A stretch of 61,627 nucleotides of DNA, the filler included. It is 5 parts of 5 records of this genome, joined end to end, with 100 filler letters (N's around TTAATTAATTAA, not from the genome) between each part and the next. Parts side by side here need not be neighbours in the genome. Positions count along the whole stretch, not along the records: positions 7,011 to 17,074 come from SRR31156797_4276; positions 17,175 to 42,461 come from SRR31156797_4280; 3 more parts are not named here. One strand, 5' to 3'. This document shows, one piece after another, positions 11,203 to 21,236 of this stretch. The translations under genes were made by a program, and so were the position numbers. Below the pieces are notes generated by a model. That model was not told the DNA's origin. It saw nothing but the letters and a program-made list of their open reading frames with translations, and ran no database searches. Positions within the stretch are counted from its first letter, which is position 1, and each line of letters starts with the position of its first letter.

Positions 11203-11252
11203 GAGAGATAAATCTCCGGAGTGTTACAGTTCCGGGGATTTTCTCTCTTTTT
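11203..11252 (+). terminator. intrinsic terminator inside the PUL
   Basis: GAGAGA..AATCTCCGGA / TCCGGGGATT.TCTCTC stem followed by a T-run. Confidence 0.8.
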
Positions 11253-11294
11253 GAAAAAACCTAAAACCAAATTATAAAATCGAGGGAGAAAAGA

Positions 11295-12920
11295 ATGAAA
11301 CAGATTAAGACCAGAACCAGCCTTTTATTCTTGGCCGGAATTATTATTTCACAAATTGTTTTTGCGCAATCTGAAATCTCAAAGGTATGGATTGCTGATA
11401 ATGGAGACGGAACTTACAAAAACCCGATTCTTCATGCCGATTATTCCGATCCGGATGTGGTTCGTGTTGGTGATGATTATTACATGACAGCCTCATCGTT
11501 TAACTGTGCTCCGGGCTTACCTATTCTTCATTCAAAAGACCTGGTAAACTGGCAACTGATCAATTATGCTTTACCGGTTCAGGTTCCCGAGGATGTTTTC
11601 AACATTCCTCAACATGGCAACGGAGTTTGGGCGCCTTGTATTCGCTATCACAATAACGAATTTTACATTTATTATCCCGATCCTGATTTCGGAATCTACA
11701 TGATAAAAACTACCGACCCGGCTGAAAAATGGTCGGAACCAATACTGGTAAAAGGTGGTAAAGGACTTATTGATCCTTCTCCTCTTTGGGACGAGGACGG
11801 AAAGGTTTACCTTACTCATGCATTTGCCGGTAGCAGGGCCAGAGTTAAGAGTGTTTTGTTTGTTCAGGAGCTAAACAGCGAAGGTACTGCAACAATTGGA
11901 GAAGAGGTTATGGTGTTTGATGGTCGCAATGGCCATGGAACCATTGAAGGGCCAAAATTTTATAAAGCCAATGGTTATTATTACATTTTTGCTCCGGCGG
12001 GTGGCGTATCAACAGGTTGGCAAACCGTTCTTCGTTCAGAAAATGTTTATGGCCCGTACGAAATAAAAACTGTAATGGCACAGGGAGATACCGATATAAA
12101 CGGACCTCACCAGGGAGCATGGGTGGATACCAAAACCGGCGAACATTGGTTTATTCATTTTCAGGATAAAGAAGCCTACGGCAGAATCGTTCATTTAAAC
12201 CCAATGACCTGGAAAGACGGCTGGCCGATAATTGGTGTTGACGAAGATGGAAACGGAATTGGAGATCCTGTTCTAACCTATAAAAAACCGAATGTTGGAG
12301 CAACCTACCCCATTGTTACACCACCCGAAAGTGATGAGTTTAATGGAAGTAAACTTGGTATTCAGTGGCAATGGCATGCAAACAAACACATTTCTTATGG
12401 TTATGCATCCGGAAACCTGGGATTCTATCGCTTAAATTGTATTGTTCGCCCCGAGGGTGAAAAAGGTCTTTGGATGGTTCCGAATCTGTTAATGCAAAAG
12501 TTCCCGGCAGAAGAATTTACAGCTACAACAAAACTTACATTCGATTCGCGTACTGATGATGAAGAAATTGGTTTTGTTGTAATGGGTGAAGATTACCAAT
12601 ACATCTCGTTAAAGAGCAAAGATGGTAAACTAAAATTACGGGTTGCAAAATGTGAAAGAGCACGAACCGGAGGAAAAGAAGTTGAACTTTATTCGAAAGA
12701 ATTTAAAGGAAACGATATTTATTTTAGAGTAGAAGTAGAAAAAGGCGCACTATGTAGCTTTAGCTTCAGCTCCAACGGAAAAAAATTCAAAACAGTTGGT
12801 AGTAAACTTGAAGCAAAACCTGGCCGCTGGATAGGAGCAAAGATTGGCTATTTCGCACTTCGCGAAGATATTACAAACGATTCGGGTACAGTAGATATTG
12901 ACTGGTTCAGAGTTGAATAA
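11295..12920 (+). CDS. GH43 glycoside hydrolase (xylosidase/arabinofuranosidase) with C-terminal ConA-like domain
   Basis: Signal peptide; 'NPILHADYSDPDV', 'WAP', 'IDP', 'IEGP', 'HQG'. Confidence 0.92.
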   Translation: MKQIKTRTSLLFLAGIIISQIVFAQSEISKVWIADNGDGTYKNPILHADYSDPDVVRVGDDYYMTASSFNCAPGLPILHSKDLVNWQLINYALPVQVPEDVFNIPQHGNGVWAPCIRYHNNEFYIYYPDPDFGIYMIKTTDPAEKWSEPILVKGGKGLIDPSPLWDEDGKVYLTHAFAGSRARVKSVLFVQELNSEGTATIGEEVMVFDGRNGHGTIEGPKFYKANGYYYIFAPAGGVSTGWQTVLRSENVYGPYEIKTVMAQGDTDINGPHQGAWVDTKTGEHWFIHFQDKEAYGRIVHLNPMTWKDGWPIIGVDEDGNGIGDPVLTYKKPNVGATYPIVTPPESDEFNGSKLGIQWQWHANKHISYGYASGNLGFYRLNCIVRPEGEKGLWMVPNLLMQKFPAEEFTATTKLTFDSRTDDEEIGFVVMGEDYQYISLKSKDGKLKLRVAKCERARTGGKEVELYSKEFKGNDIYFRVEVEKGALCSFSFSSNGKKFKTVGSKLEAKPGRWIGAKIGYFALREDITNDSGTVDIDWFRVE

Positions 12921-12924
12921 TAAC

Positions 12925-13905
12925 ATGTATAAAAAGATACTGGTACTATTACTATTGGCAGTGGCTGGCATATTCCCTGCAAAAGCGTGGGATTTTGTTG
13001 TGGCAAAAGACGGAAGTGGAGACTTTACAACCGTACAAGATGCCATTGATGCTGTTCCTGACTTTAGGAAAAAGCGAACAACTATATTTATAAAAAAAGG
13101 TATTTACAAAGAAAAACTAGTGCTTGCTGCCAGCAAAACACTGGTATCCTTTGTTGGTGAAGAACTGGAAAATACGGTTCTCACCTTCGATGATTTTGCT
13201 CAGAAAAAGAACTGTTTTGGAGAAGAGGTTGGCACAACAGGTTCAACCTCATTTTATATTTTTGGAGTTGGTTTTTCTGCTGAAAATATCACTTTCGAGA
13301 ACTCGGCAGGACCTGTTGGACAAGCGGTTGCAGTGCGAATTGATGGCGACAAAGTGGCTTTTAAAAACTGTCGGTTTTTAGGAAACCAGGATACTTTATA
13401 CCCACATGGCAAAAACAGTCGCCAATACTACAAAAACTGCTATATAGAAGGAACCGTCGATTTTATTTTTGGTTGGTCAACAGCCGTATTCGATGAATGT
13501 ACCATTTTTTGTAAAACAAAAGGATACATAACAGCTCCATCAACGGAACAAAACACAGAATTTGGCCTTGTATTTTTAAATTGCAATATAACAGGTAATG
13601 CTCCTGAAAACTCATTTTATCTTGGACGACCATGGCGACCATATGGAAAATCGGTATTTATTGAATGTAAACTTGGAGCACATATCAAACCGGAAGGTTG
13701 GCACAACTGGCGTAGCACAGAAAAAGAGAAAACTGCCTATTTTGCCGAATACAACAGCAGTGGTAAAGGTGCCGCAAAAAAAGAAAGAGTAGCATGGTCG
13801 CACCAGCTTTCAGCTGAAGAAGCCAGCAAATATACCTTACAAAATATTTTGGGCGATTGGGAAATCACCCCCGGAATTTTTCAAACAGAAATCAAAAGAA
13901 AATAA
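12925..13905 (+). CDS. pectin methylesterase (CE8)
   Basis: 'VAKDGSGDFTTVQDAID', 'QAVA', 'QDTLY', 'DFIFG', 'LGRPW'. Confidence 0.95.
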   Translation: MYKKILVLLLLAVAGIFPAKAWDFVVAKDGSGDFTTVQDAIDAVPDFRKKRTTIFIKKGIYKEKLVLAASKTLVSFVGEELENTVLTFDDFAQKKNCFGEEVGTTGSTSFYIFGVGFSAENITFENSAGPVGQAVAVRIDGDKVAFKNCRFLGNQDTLYPHGKNSRQYYKNCYIEGTVDFIFGWSTAVFDECTIFCKTKGYITAPSTEQNTEFGLVFLNCNITGNAPENSFYLGRPWRPYGKSVFIECKLGAHIKPEGWHNWRSTEKEKTAYFAEYNSSGKGAAKKERVAWSHQLSAEEASKYTLQNILGDWEITPGIFQTEIKRK

Positions 13906-13907
13906 AA

Positions 13908-15593
13908 ATGATAGTAAAGAAGATCTCAATTGTAATGATTGCACTGGCTGCATTTGCAGCGGGTTGTTCAACCCAACCTACACCACAAACTAAAACAAGT
14001 ACAGTTTATGATGGATTGGAATTTGAAATGCCGGAAATAGAAGAGCCGGTAATTCCTGAATATTCTGTATCGATTACCGATTTTGGTGCCATAAGTGGTG
14101 GTCACGACATGAACACTGATGCATTTGCCAAAGCTATTGATGCTGTATCTGAAAAAGGAGGCGGAAAAGTTATCATTCCTCCAGGTATTTGGTTAACCGG
14201 TCCGATTTTACTAAAAAGTAACCTTGAACTTCATGCGCAGCAAGGAGCATTAATCCTTTTTTCAACCAATAAGGACCTTTACCCGGTTATAGAAACCAAC
14301 TTTGAAGGATTGGATACCTACCGTTGTTTATCACCGATTTATGGGAAGAACCTGGAAAATATAGCGTTCACCGGAAAAGGTGTTTGGGACGGTAATGGTG
14401 ATGCCTGGCGTTATGTAAAGAAAAGCAAACTAACCGAAAGCCAATGGAAGAAGTTAGTGAAGTCCGGAGGTATTTTAAATGCTAAAGGCGATGGTTGGTA
14501 CCCTTCAGAGCAATTCAAAAAAGGTGCCGAAGGCAGCGGCGATCAAAATGTTCGCGACGATCTGAAAACAAAAGAAGATTTTGAAACAATCCGCGATTAT
14601 CTTCGTCCTGTTTTTGTTAGTATCCAAAACTGCAAACGGGTAATGTTCGACGGACCTGTTTTTCAAAACTCACCAGCCTGGAACATCCACCCGCTTTGGA
14701 CAGAACATTTAATTGTACGTAACCTAACAGTACGTAATCCGTGGTATTCTCAAAATGGCGATGGAATTGATATCGAATCGTGTAAAAATGTACTGGTTCA
14801 AAACTGTAGTTTCGATGTTGGCGATGATGCCATTTGTATCAAATCTGGAAAAAACGAAGACGGCCGCCGACACGGAATTCCTTGTGAGAACCTGATTATA
14901 AAAGACAATATTGTTTACCACGGGCATGGTGGAGTTACAGTTGGTAGCGAAATGTCGGGAGGTGTGCGCAACATGCATGTTTCAAACTGTACCTTTATGG
15001 GAACCGATGTTGGCCTGCGTTTTAAAAGTACACGTGGTCGTGGTGGTGTTGTCGAAAACATTTATATTTCAGGTGTTTATATGACCAATATTCCTACTAA
15101 CGCCATTTCTTTCAACCTTTATTATGGGGGACGTTCGATTTCGGAGATGATGGCTGAAGGTGGATTGGAAACGTCAACAGAATTACTTCCGGTTACAGAA
15201 GAAACTCCTCAGTTTAAAAACATCAAGATATCGGATGTTACCGTAAATGGTGCACATCAGGCAGTATTCCTTCAGGGATTACCAGAAATGAACCTTGAAA
15301 ACGTTGAATTAAAGGACCTGAATCTTAAGGCTACAAACGGATTCATTATTATTGATGCAAATAAGGTTAAAATTAGCAATGTAAAACTCGATACCAAAGC
15401 AACTAAAGCAATGGATATTTTTAATTGTAAAAATGTTGAGATATCCGAGATTAATTATGACTTCGAAAGTACAGATGCTATTCAAATAAATGGTGCAGCT
15501 AGTAATAATATTTCATTGGGGGCAGCTGCTGAAAGTATTAAAAAGTATACAAATGTAGGTAAAGAGGTAAAAGAAGGTGTAGTAAAATTTTAA
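13908..15593 (+). CDS. GH28 polygalacturonase, lipoprotein
   Basis: 'NGDGID', 'GDDAI', 'GHGG', 'RFKS' motifs; lipobox 'AAGC'. Confidence 0.93.
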   Translation: MIVKKISIVMIALAAFAAGCSTQPTPQTKTSTVYDGLEFEMPEIEEPVIPEYSVSITDFGAISGGHDMNTDAFAKAIDAVSEKGGGKVIIPPGIWLTGPILLKSNLELHAQQGALILFSTNKDLYPVIETNFEGLDTYRCLSPIYGKNLENIAFTGKGVWDGNGDAWRYVKKSKLTESQWKKLVKSGGILNAKGDGWYPSEQFKKGAEGSGDQNVRDDLKTKEDFETIRDYLRPVFVSIQNCKRVMFDGPVFQNSPAWNIHPLWTEHLIVRNLTVRNPWYSQNGDGIDIESCKNVLVQNCSFDVGDDAICIKSGKNEDGRRHGIPCENLIIKDNIVYHGHGGVTVGSEMSGGVRNMHVSNCTFMGTDVGLRFKSTRGRGGVVENIYISGVYMTNIPTNAISFNLYYGGRSISEMMAEGGLETSTELLPVTEETPQFKNIKISDVTVNGAHQAVFLQGLPEMNLENVELKDLNLKATNGFIIIDANKVKISNVKLDTKATKAMDIFNCKNVEISEINYDFESTDAIQINGAASNNISLGAAAESIKKYTNVGKEVKEGVVKF

Positions 15594-15607
15594 ACTACAG
15601 ATGAAAC

Positions 15608-16345
15608 ATGAAACAAATATTATTTTTCTCAATAATATGTTTGGTTGTTCTGTCGGCATGTAAAAAAGAAGATGCAATTTCTGCTTTTTGCGTTGGCGAT
15701 TCTACAATGTCGAATAAATCGCCGGAAGCTTACCCGGAACACGGCTGGTGCATGGTGCTTAACGATTACTTTAAGGAATCGTTAGTAGTTAGAAATCATG
15801 CAAAAAATGGAAGAAGTAGCAAAAGTTTTATTGATGAAGGACGCTGGCAAGTGGTTTTAGACAGTTTAAAGGCCGGCGATTATGTTTTTATCCAGTTTGG
15901 TCACAACGACCAAAAAGATTATGATTCCACTCGTTACACCATTCCATTTGAAAGCTATTCCGACAACCTTCGAAAGTTTGTTGTTGAATCACGAGAAAAA
16001 GGAGCAATCCCAATTTTGTTTACTTCTATTGTGAGACGGAAGTTTGGTGAAGATGGCAGGTTGGTAGACACTCATGGCGATTATCCTGTTGCAACCAGAA
16101 AAGTTGCATCTGAACTGGATGTGCCATTAATCGATTTACAAAAACTTACTGAAAAGTGGGTTAACACTTTAGGTGATGAACCTTCAAAAAAAATGTATTT
16201 GTGGACCGAAATTACAACAGACAGATATAAAGAACCAAGGAAAGACGACACACATTTGTCGCTCGATGGAGCCAATAATGTCGCTCAAATAGCTTTAAAA
16301 GAACTAGAAACCATTGCTCCAGAACTCAGAAACCATATGAAATAA
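15608..16345 (+). CDS. rhamnogalacturonan/pectin acetylesterase (CE12, SGNH fold)
   Basis: 'GDST', 'GRSSKSF', 'QFGHND', 'DDTH'. Confidence 0.9.
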   Translation: MKQILFFSIICLVVLSACKKEDAISAFCVGDSTMSNKSPEAYPEHGWCMVLNDYFKESLVVRNHAKNGRSSKSFIDEGRWQVVLDSLKAGDYVFIQFGHNDQKDYDSTRYTIPFESYSDNLRKFVVESREKGAIPILFTSIVRRKFGEDGRLVDTHGDYPVATRKVASELDVPLIDLQKLTEKWVNTLGDEPSKKMYLWTEITTDRYKEPRKDDTHLSLDGANNVAQIALKELETIAPELRNHMK

Positions 16346-16359
16346 AAATGTAAACTAAA

Positions 16360-17074
16360 ATGAAACATCTAATATCAATTTTTCTAATCTTACTCCTAAC
16401 GCAAACTGTATTTGCAAAGTCTGCTTCTGAAAATCCTGTTGATGCGGATATTGTAGTAGCAACCGATGGAAGTGGTGACTTTACAAGTTTACAAGAGGCC
16501 ATCGATGCCGCCCCTTCGAACAGCGAAACCAGAACAATTATATACATAAAACGAGGTTTGTATAATACTGAGAAATTAATTGTTGCGGCAGACAAAGAAA
16601 ACCTGACATTGATTGGAGAAAGCCGCGAAGAAACGATTATTAGTTACCATATTTACGATTGCACATCGGGCAAATGTCCCACCGAAGATGCTGCCAAATG
16701 GACAGGTGACAATATCCGGACTTCTGCTACACTTACAATTATTGGCGATGGTTTCAGAGCTGAAAACATGACCATTCAAAATACTGCAGGTCCTGTTGGT
16801 CAGGCACAGGCAATTACCGTAAGAGCTGACAAATGTATTTTTATAAATGTTGACTTTTATGGCTACCAGGATACCATGTATTTCTGGAGTGATCAAAAAA
16901 GAAGTTATTTTGAAGGCTGTTTAGTGGTTGGTCGTACTGACTATATTTATGGCTCCGGAACTGTATTTTTTCAGGATTGTGAGATTAGAAGCTGGGGAGG
17001 TGGTTGGATAACAGCGCCGTCAACTTACCAGGATCAACCCTATGGTTTTGTTTTTAACGAATGCCAGATTACCT
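16360..17074 (+). CDS. second pectin methylesterase (CE8), 3' truncated
   Basis: 'DGSGDFTSLQEAID', 'GQAQA', 'YQDT', 'DYIYG'; runs into the spacer. Confidence 0.9.
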
Positions 17075-17174
17075 NNNNNNNNNNNNNNNNNNNNNNNNNN
17101 NNNNNNNNNNNNNNNNNNTTAATTAATTAANNNNNNNNNNNNNNNNNNNNNNNNNNNNNNNNNNNNNNNNNNNN
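17075..17174. other. artificial contig spacer
   Basis: N-TTAATTAATTAA-N. Confidence 0.98.
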
Positions 17175-17246
17175 AACAGAGATGATTTTTCTAAAGAGGC
17201 TCTTATGGCCGGTATCGTCAAGCAGGAGGAAAAGAATGCAAACTAA
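17175..17246 (+). CDS. 3' end of an upstream gene, probably a sugar ABC ATPase
   Basis: Open frame NRDDFSKEALMAGIVKQEEKNAN* overlapping the permease start; resembles RbsA-type C-termini. Confidence 0.45.
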   Translation, partial: NRDDFSKEALMAGIVKQEEKNAN

Positions 17247-18198
17247 CAGGCTTAAATTAGATAGCATTTTCCAGAATTCGACTTATATAGTGTTGGCTTT
17301 TATCTTTCTGATTTTCTCAATAGGCTCGGATAAGTTTTTCACCCTTAAAAACGTGTACACCACCATGTTCAACGGCGGGCCCCTGATTATCATTACCTGC
17401 GCCGTGACCTTCGCTCTCCTGGTGGGTGTTATCGACCTGTCCGTCGGGGCGATGGGTTACGCCTCCGGATGCCTGGCCGGAATCCTGATCAAAAACTATG
17501 ACGCGCCCATAGCGCTGGCGTTCCTGGCGGGCATCGCTCTGGCGACATTCATCGGATGGGTCAACAGCCTGTTCATCGTGAAATTCAAGATGAACGCGAT
17601 GCTGGTTTCCATGGGGATGATGCTTGTGATCAGAGCGGTGGCCAAGATTATAACACACGACAGAACGATCAGCCTGTTCTCTCTCTCCTTCCTGAGGCAG
17701 GCGAAAGTCAAGGCGATAGGCGGTTTCCCCATACTGCTGCTGGTCGTCTTCTTCATTGTAATCTTCTGTGACATCGTATTGAAGCGAACCTCATTCGGAC
17801 GGAAGATGCTGGCCGTCGGGAGCAACGAAACGGTTGCCAAAAACGTCGGCATCAACACCGACAGGATCAAGACGGCGGCCCTTATCATCACCGGTGCCAT
17901 CTGCGGTATCGCCGGTTGTTTCTGGGTCATCACCCTTGGCTCCGTCGTCGTAACCGGTCTGATCTCTTATGAGTTCCTTGCCATCGCCGCCGCCGTACTC
18001 GGCGGAACCAGTCTGCTCGGCGGCAGGGGATCTTTCTATCCCGGCAGTTTTATCGGAGCCCTCATATTGCTGTTTATCGCTTCGGGCATGGCTATTATGG
18101 GCATATCCCCCTATGCCATACCCTTTGTGCGGGGCGTCATTATCTTCATCGCCATGTACGTCGACTCCCTGAGATATAAATCAATGATGATCTCATAG
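17236..18198 (+). CDS. monosaccharide ABC transporter permease (RbsC family)
   Basis: 'IDLSVG', 'FGRKMLAVGSN', 'IAAAVLGGTSL.GGRG'; GGAGG before ATG at 17236. Confidence 0.92.
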   Translation: MQTNRLKLDSIFQNSTYIVLAFIFLIFSIGSDKFFTLKNVYTTMFNGGPLIIITCAVTFALLVGVIDLSVGAMGYASGCLAGILIKNYDAPIALAFLAGIALATFIGWVNSLFIVKFKMNAMLVSMGMMLVIRAVAKIITHDRTISLFSLSFLRQAKVKAIGGFPILLLVVFFIVIFCDIVLKRTSFGRKMLAVGSNETVAKNVGINTDRIKTAALIITGAICGIAGCFWVITLGSVVVTGLISYEFLAIAAAVLGGTSLLGGRGSFYPGSFIGALILLFIASGMAIMGISPYAIPFVRGVIIFIAMYVDSLRYKSMMIS

Positions 18199-18362
18199 GG
18201 CTTGATAAGGAAAAAGGCATGGCGAGCACATTTGGCACGCTTATACTTAAAAGGACGTGACCGGTATAGCCGAGCTGTTTAAGTCATTCACTCAGAATCA
18301 GGAGAACAAGGGCCGTCTGAAGGACTTTTTTCAGTAAGCCCTCCTTTGGAAAAGGATTATTT

Positions 18363-19133
18363 ATGAATCAAAAGATCGTCATTATTGGAATGGGGCAATT
18401 GGCAGGGGTTCTGTCTTTTGCTTTTCTGCGAATGGGTTGCCCTGTTTATCCCATTACACGGAAGATGGATATGGCTGAAGAGCTCAGCGCCATTGCCGAT
18501 CCCGGAATGGTCGTCGTCGCCGTCGCAAAAAAGGATTTCAAGTCGGTGATGGGGGAGATCCCGGAGCAGTGGCGCGACAGACTCGTCCTGATTCAGAACG
18601 AGTTGCTGCCCAATGACTGGGAGCCCTTTGGTATCGCTGATCCGACGATCCTGTCCGTATGGTTTGAGAAGAAGAAAGGCATGGATTACAACCCCGTTCT
18701 TCCCACGCCTGTGTTCGGGCCGCATGCTGAACTGATTGCCCAGTCTCTCCAGGCCATTGATATCCCCAGCCGTGTGGTGGGAAGCCTGGATAAAATGGTT
18801 GCCGAACTGGTGGCGAAAAACGTCTTCGTACTGACTATCAATATCTGCGGTCTGGCCCTGCCTGAGGGAACGACGTCATCCATGTTGTGGGAGAATCATA
18901 AAGATCTGGCCCTGGCTGTGGCGGATAATGTCATCGATCTCCAGGAACAGATCACCGGTCGGACTTTTAACCGTGCCCAGCTTACGGAAGGGCTGGAGAA
19001 AGGGCTGTACGGCGATCCCGGCCACCCATGCAAAGGACGTTCAGCCCGCGGACGTCTGGAGCGTTTCCTTGAGATGGCAGATCAGTCTGATTTGGAGGTC
19101 AAGGCCATCAGGGATCTGGCGGAAGGGATCTGA
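18363..19133 (+). CDS. uncharacterised Rossmann-fold protein (ketopantoate-reductase-like)
   Basis: N-terminal 'IVIIGMGQLA' dinucleotide-binding start, 'LIQNELLP'; AAGGA SD. Confidence 0.65.
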   Translation: MNQKIVIIGMGQLAGVLSFAFLRMGCPVYPITRKMDMAEELSAIADPGMVVVAVAKKDFKSVMGEIPEQWRDRLVLIQNELLPNDWEPFGIADPTILSVWFEKKKGMDYNPVLPTPVFGPHAELIAQSLQAIDIPSRVVGSLDKMVAELVAKNVFVLTINICGLALPEGTTSSMLWENHKDLALAVADNVIDLQEQITGRTFNRAQLTEGLEKGLYGDPGHPCKGRSARGRLERFLEMADQSDLEVKAIRDLAEGI

Positions 19134-19357
19134 AACCGAGCCGGACGGCAATAAGCGCCAATGCGAACCGATCCGGCATCTATGAGCCGCATGGGTTTCG
19201 CATGGGGGACAACGTTTTCATGGGGGAATCGCCCCAGGCCCCTCCCTTTGCCGCTATGGAATCATTAGTTTTTTTTCTGAATGGCAGTAATCTCACTTGG
19301 ATAAATCATATATCTATATTAGGATTGACTAATCAAATCTGATATAATAGGTAATAA

Positions 19358-21133
19358 ATGAAGGTTAAATTAAAGCTGCTCAAAAGAATCATCATCATAA
19401 ATGCGGTCATGATACTGTTCGTTGTATCCCTGCTGACGCTGATCTTCGGCTACTTTTCTTCCATGTCCGGTCTTGCCAATGCCATAAACCACTCCGGCAG
19501 CGAAAGGATGAGGACCATACTGCTCGGCTCCCTGGGGAATTCGTACGTCACGAGTCTGGAAGAAGGGGATCTCACTGAAGCTGCCGATTTAAAGAAGATG
19601 TTCAATGACGAGGTCCTGCTTTACGACAGGATCCTGAGCGGGCTGGTTGAGGGCGACCCTGATCTGGGTCTTCAGAAGACGGATGATCCGGAAATATTGG
19701 GGCTTATCGATGACTGGGCGGTGCAGTGGAAACCCTATAAAGAGGCCCTGTCAACAGTCATGGATAACGAAAGCCTGCCAAAAGACAGAAGGATTCTGTC
19801 TTCTTTTCAGGTGAAAGAGGCTATAAGCCTTAAGAACACGGTAAACAAGGTCGTTCTTTCTTACAGCAATAAATCAAACGAAAAGCTGAAGCGCATTCAG
19901 CAGATATTAGTTCTCATTATAGTCTCCATCAGCGGTATCGGTCTGTTTTCCGTCCTGTTTGTCCGGAAAAGCCTTTTGCCCGTAGGCTCGTTAATAAAAA
20001 TGATCTCCCTGGTTAAGGACCGGGATCTGACGGTCCGCAACACAGCCCTCAAGGATGACGAAATAGGTTATATCTCCGAAGCGCTGAATAATCTCACATC
20101 CGTTTTCGACCGCTTGATCGGCGATATCAGGAAGACCTCCCGGTCGGTGGATTCCGCAAATAATGATTTGGCGTCATCGATCACCGAATCCGTGAGCGCC
20201 GTAAGAGAGATGGTGGCTACGATCGACAGCACGAATCATAATCTTTCAAGACATCATGAATTGGTAGAGTCCAATGTGAAAGCTGTGGAAGCCCAGAAGG
20301 CCCAGACAAATGAGATTGCCGAGTATGTGCATGAACAGTCCGCTGCGGTCAATGAGAGCTCTGCGAATATCGAAGAGATGGCGGCTTCCGTACAGACGGT
20401 CAATAAAAGCACTTCGGAAGCCAGAGACATAAGCCGGAGATTGTCAGACGCCGCTCATTCGGGCTGGGACAAAATCGAAGCCACCATTACGGCCATCGGG
20501 AATATAAAAGAGGCCGCCCAATCCGTTCAGGACTCTGTGAATGGAATCGAAAAAATAGCGGCCACGACGAATCTCCTCTCTATGAATGCGGCCATTGAAG
20601 CCGCCCATGCCGGAAGCGCGGGAGCCGGATTTTCCGTCGTTGCCGGCGAAATCAACAAGCTGGCGGGCAGCTCTGCGGATGAAGCCAAAAAGATCAAGCA
20701 AATCATGAATAAGACCATGAGTTTTATAGAAGGCGGGTCGGCCCTGTCCAGTGAAGTCAGTATAGCCTTTAAGGCCATTCTGGAGGGCATTCAGAATACA
20801 GTAGAGATCATTTTGAACATTGCCGCAGCCATGGATCAGCAGGGTGAAGGGGTAAAAGACATCCTCCTTTCGATTGAGACTCTTGTCGGCCTGACCAATA
20901 AAATCAGTGCGATCACAGGCAGTGGCAACAGCAATGCCAATGACTTGCTCAAATCCATTCGGGAGCTTGAGAGGCTGTCCCTGGAAATCTCGAATGCGTC
21001 CAACGAACAGCGGGTGGGGGGGGATGAGCTTTTGAATTCCATGGATCTCCTTCAGAAGGTCTCGGTGAGCAATCAGGACAGTGTGAATCTTCTGAACAGC
21101 AAGATCGATGTTTTCAAGGTCAGCGAGAGCTGA
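19358..21133 (+). CDS. methyl-accepting chemotaxis protein with NarX/PilJ-type periplasmic sensor
   Basis: Two TM helices, HAMP ('DEIG'), MCP core 'TNLLSMNAAIEAAHAG...GFSVVAGEINKLA', P-box-like 'AINHSGSERMR'. Confidence 0.92.
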   Translation: MKVKLKLLKRIIIINAVMILFVVSLLTLIFGYFSSMSGLANAINHSGSERMRTILLGSLGNSYVTSLEEGDLTEAADLKKMFNDEVLLYDRILSGLVEGDPDLGLQKTDDPEILGLIDDWAVQWKPYKEALSTVMDNESLPKDRRILSSFQVKEAISLKNTVNKVVLSYSNKSNEKLKRIQQILVLIIVSISGIGLFSVLFVRKSLLPVGSLIKMISLVKDRDLTVRNTALKDDEIGYISEALNNLTSVFDRLIGDIRKTSRSVDSANNDLASSITESVSAVREMVATIDSTNHNLSRHHELVESNVKAVEAQKAQTNEIAEYVHEQSAAVNESSANIEEMAASVQTVNKSTSEARDISRRLSDAAHSGWDKIEATITAIGNIKEAAQSVQDSVNGIEKIAATTNLLSMNAAIEAAHAGSAGAGFSVVAGEINKLAGSSADEAKKIKQIMNKTMSFIEGGSALSSEVSIAFKAILEGIQNTVEIILNIAAAMDQQGEGVKDILLSIETLVGLTNKISAITGSGNSNANDLLKSIRELERLSLEISNASNEQRVGGDELLNSMDLLQKVSVSNQDSVNLLNSKIDVFKVSES

Positions 21134-21236
21134 GCCCTTTTGAATGGGGAGGGGAAACGCTCTTGCCTTTTTTATGACGAACGCATAATTGTCCTGTCGT
21201 TCCTTCTGATGGGCTTTGGTATATACAGGCTCATTG

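Noticed and set aside
18250..18350. Possible riboswitch upstream of the Rossmann gene
   Set aside because: Only weak stems; no riboswitch consensus that I can match.
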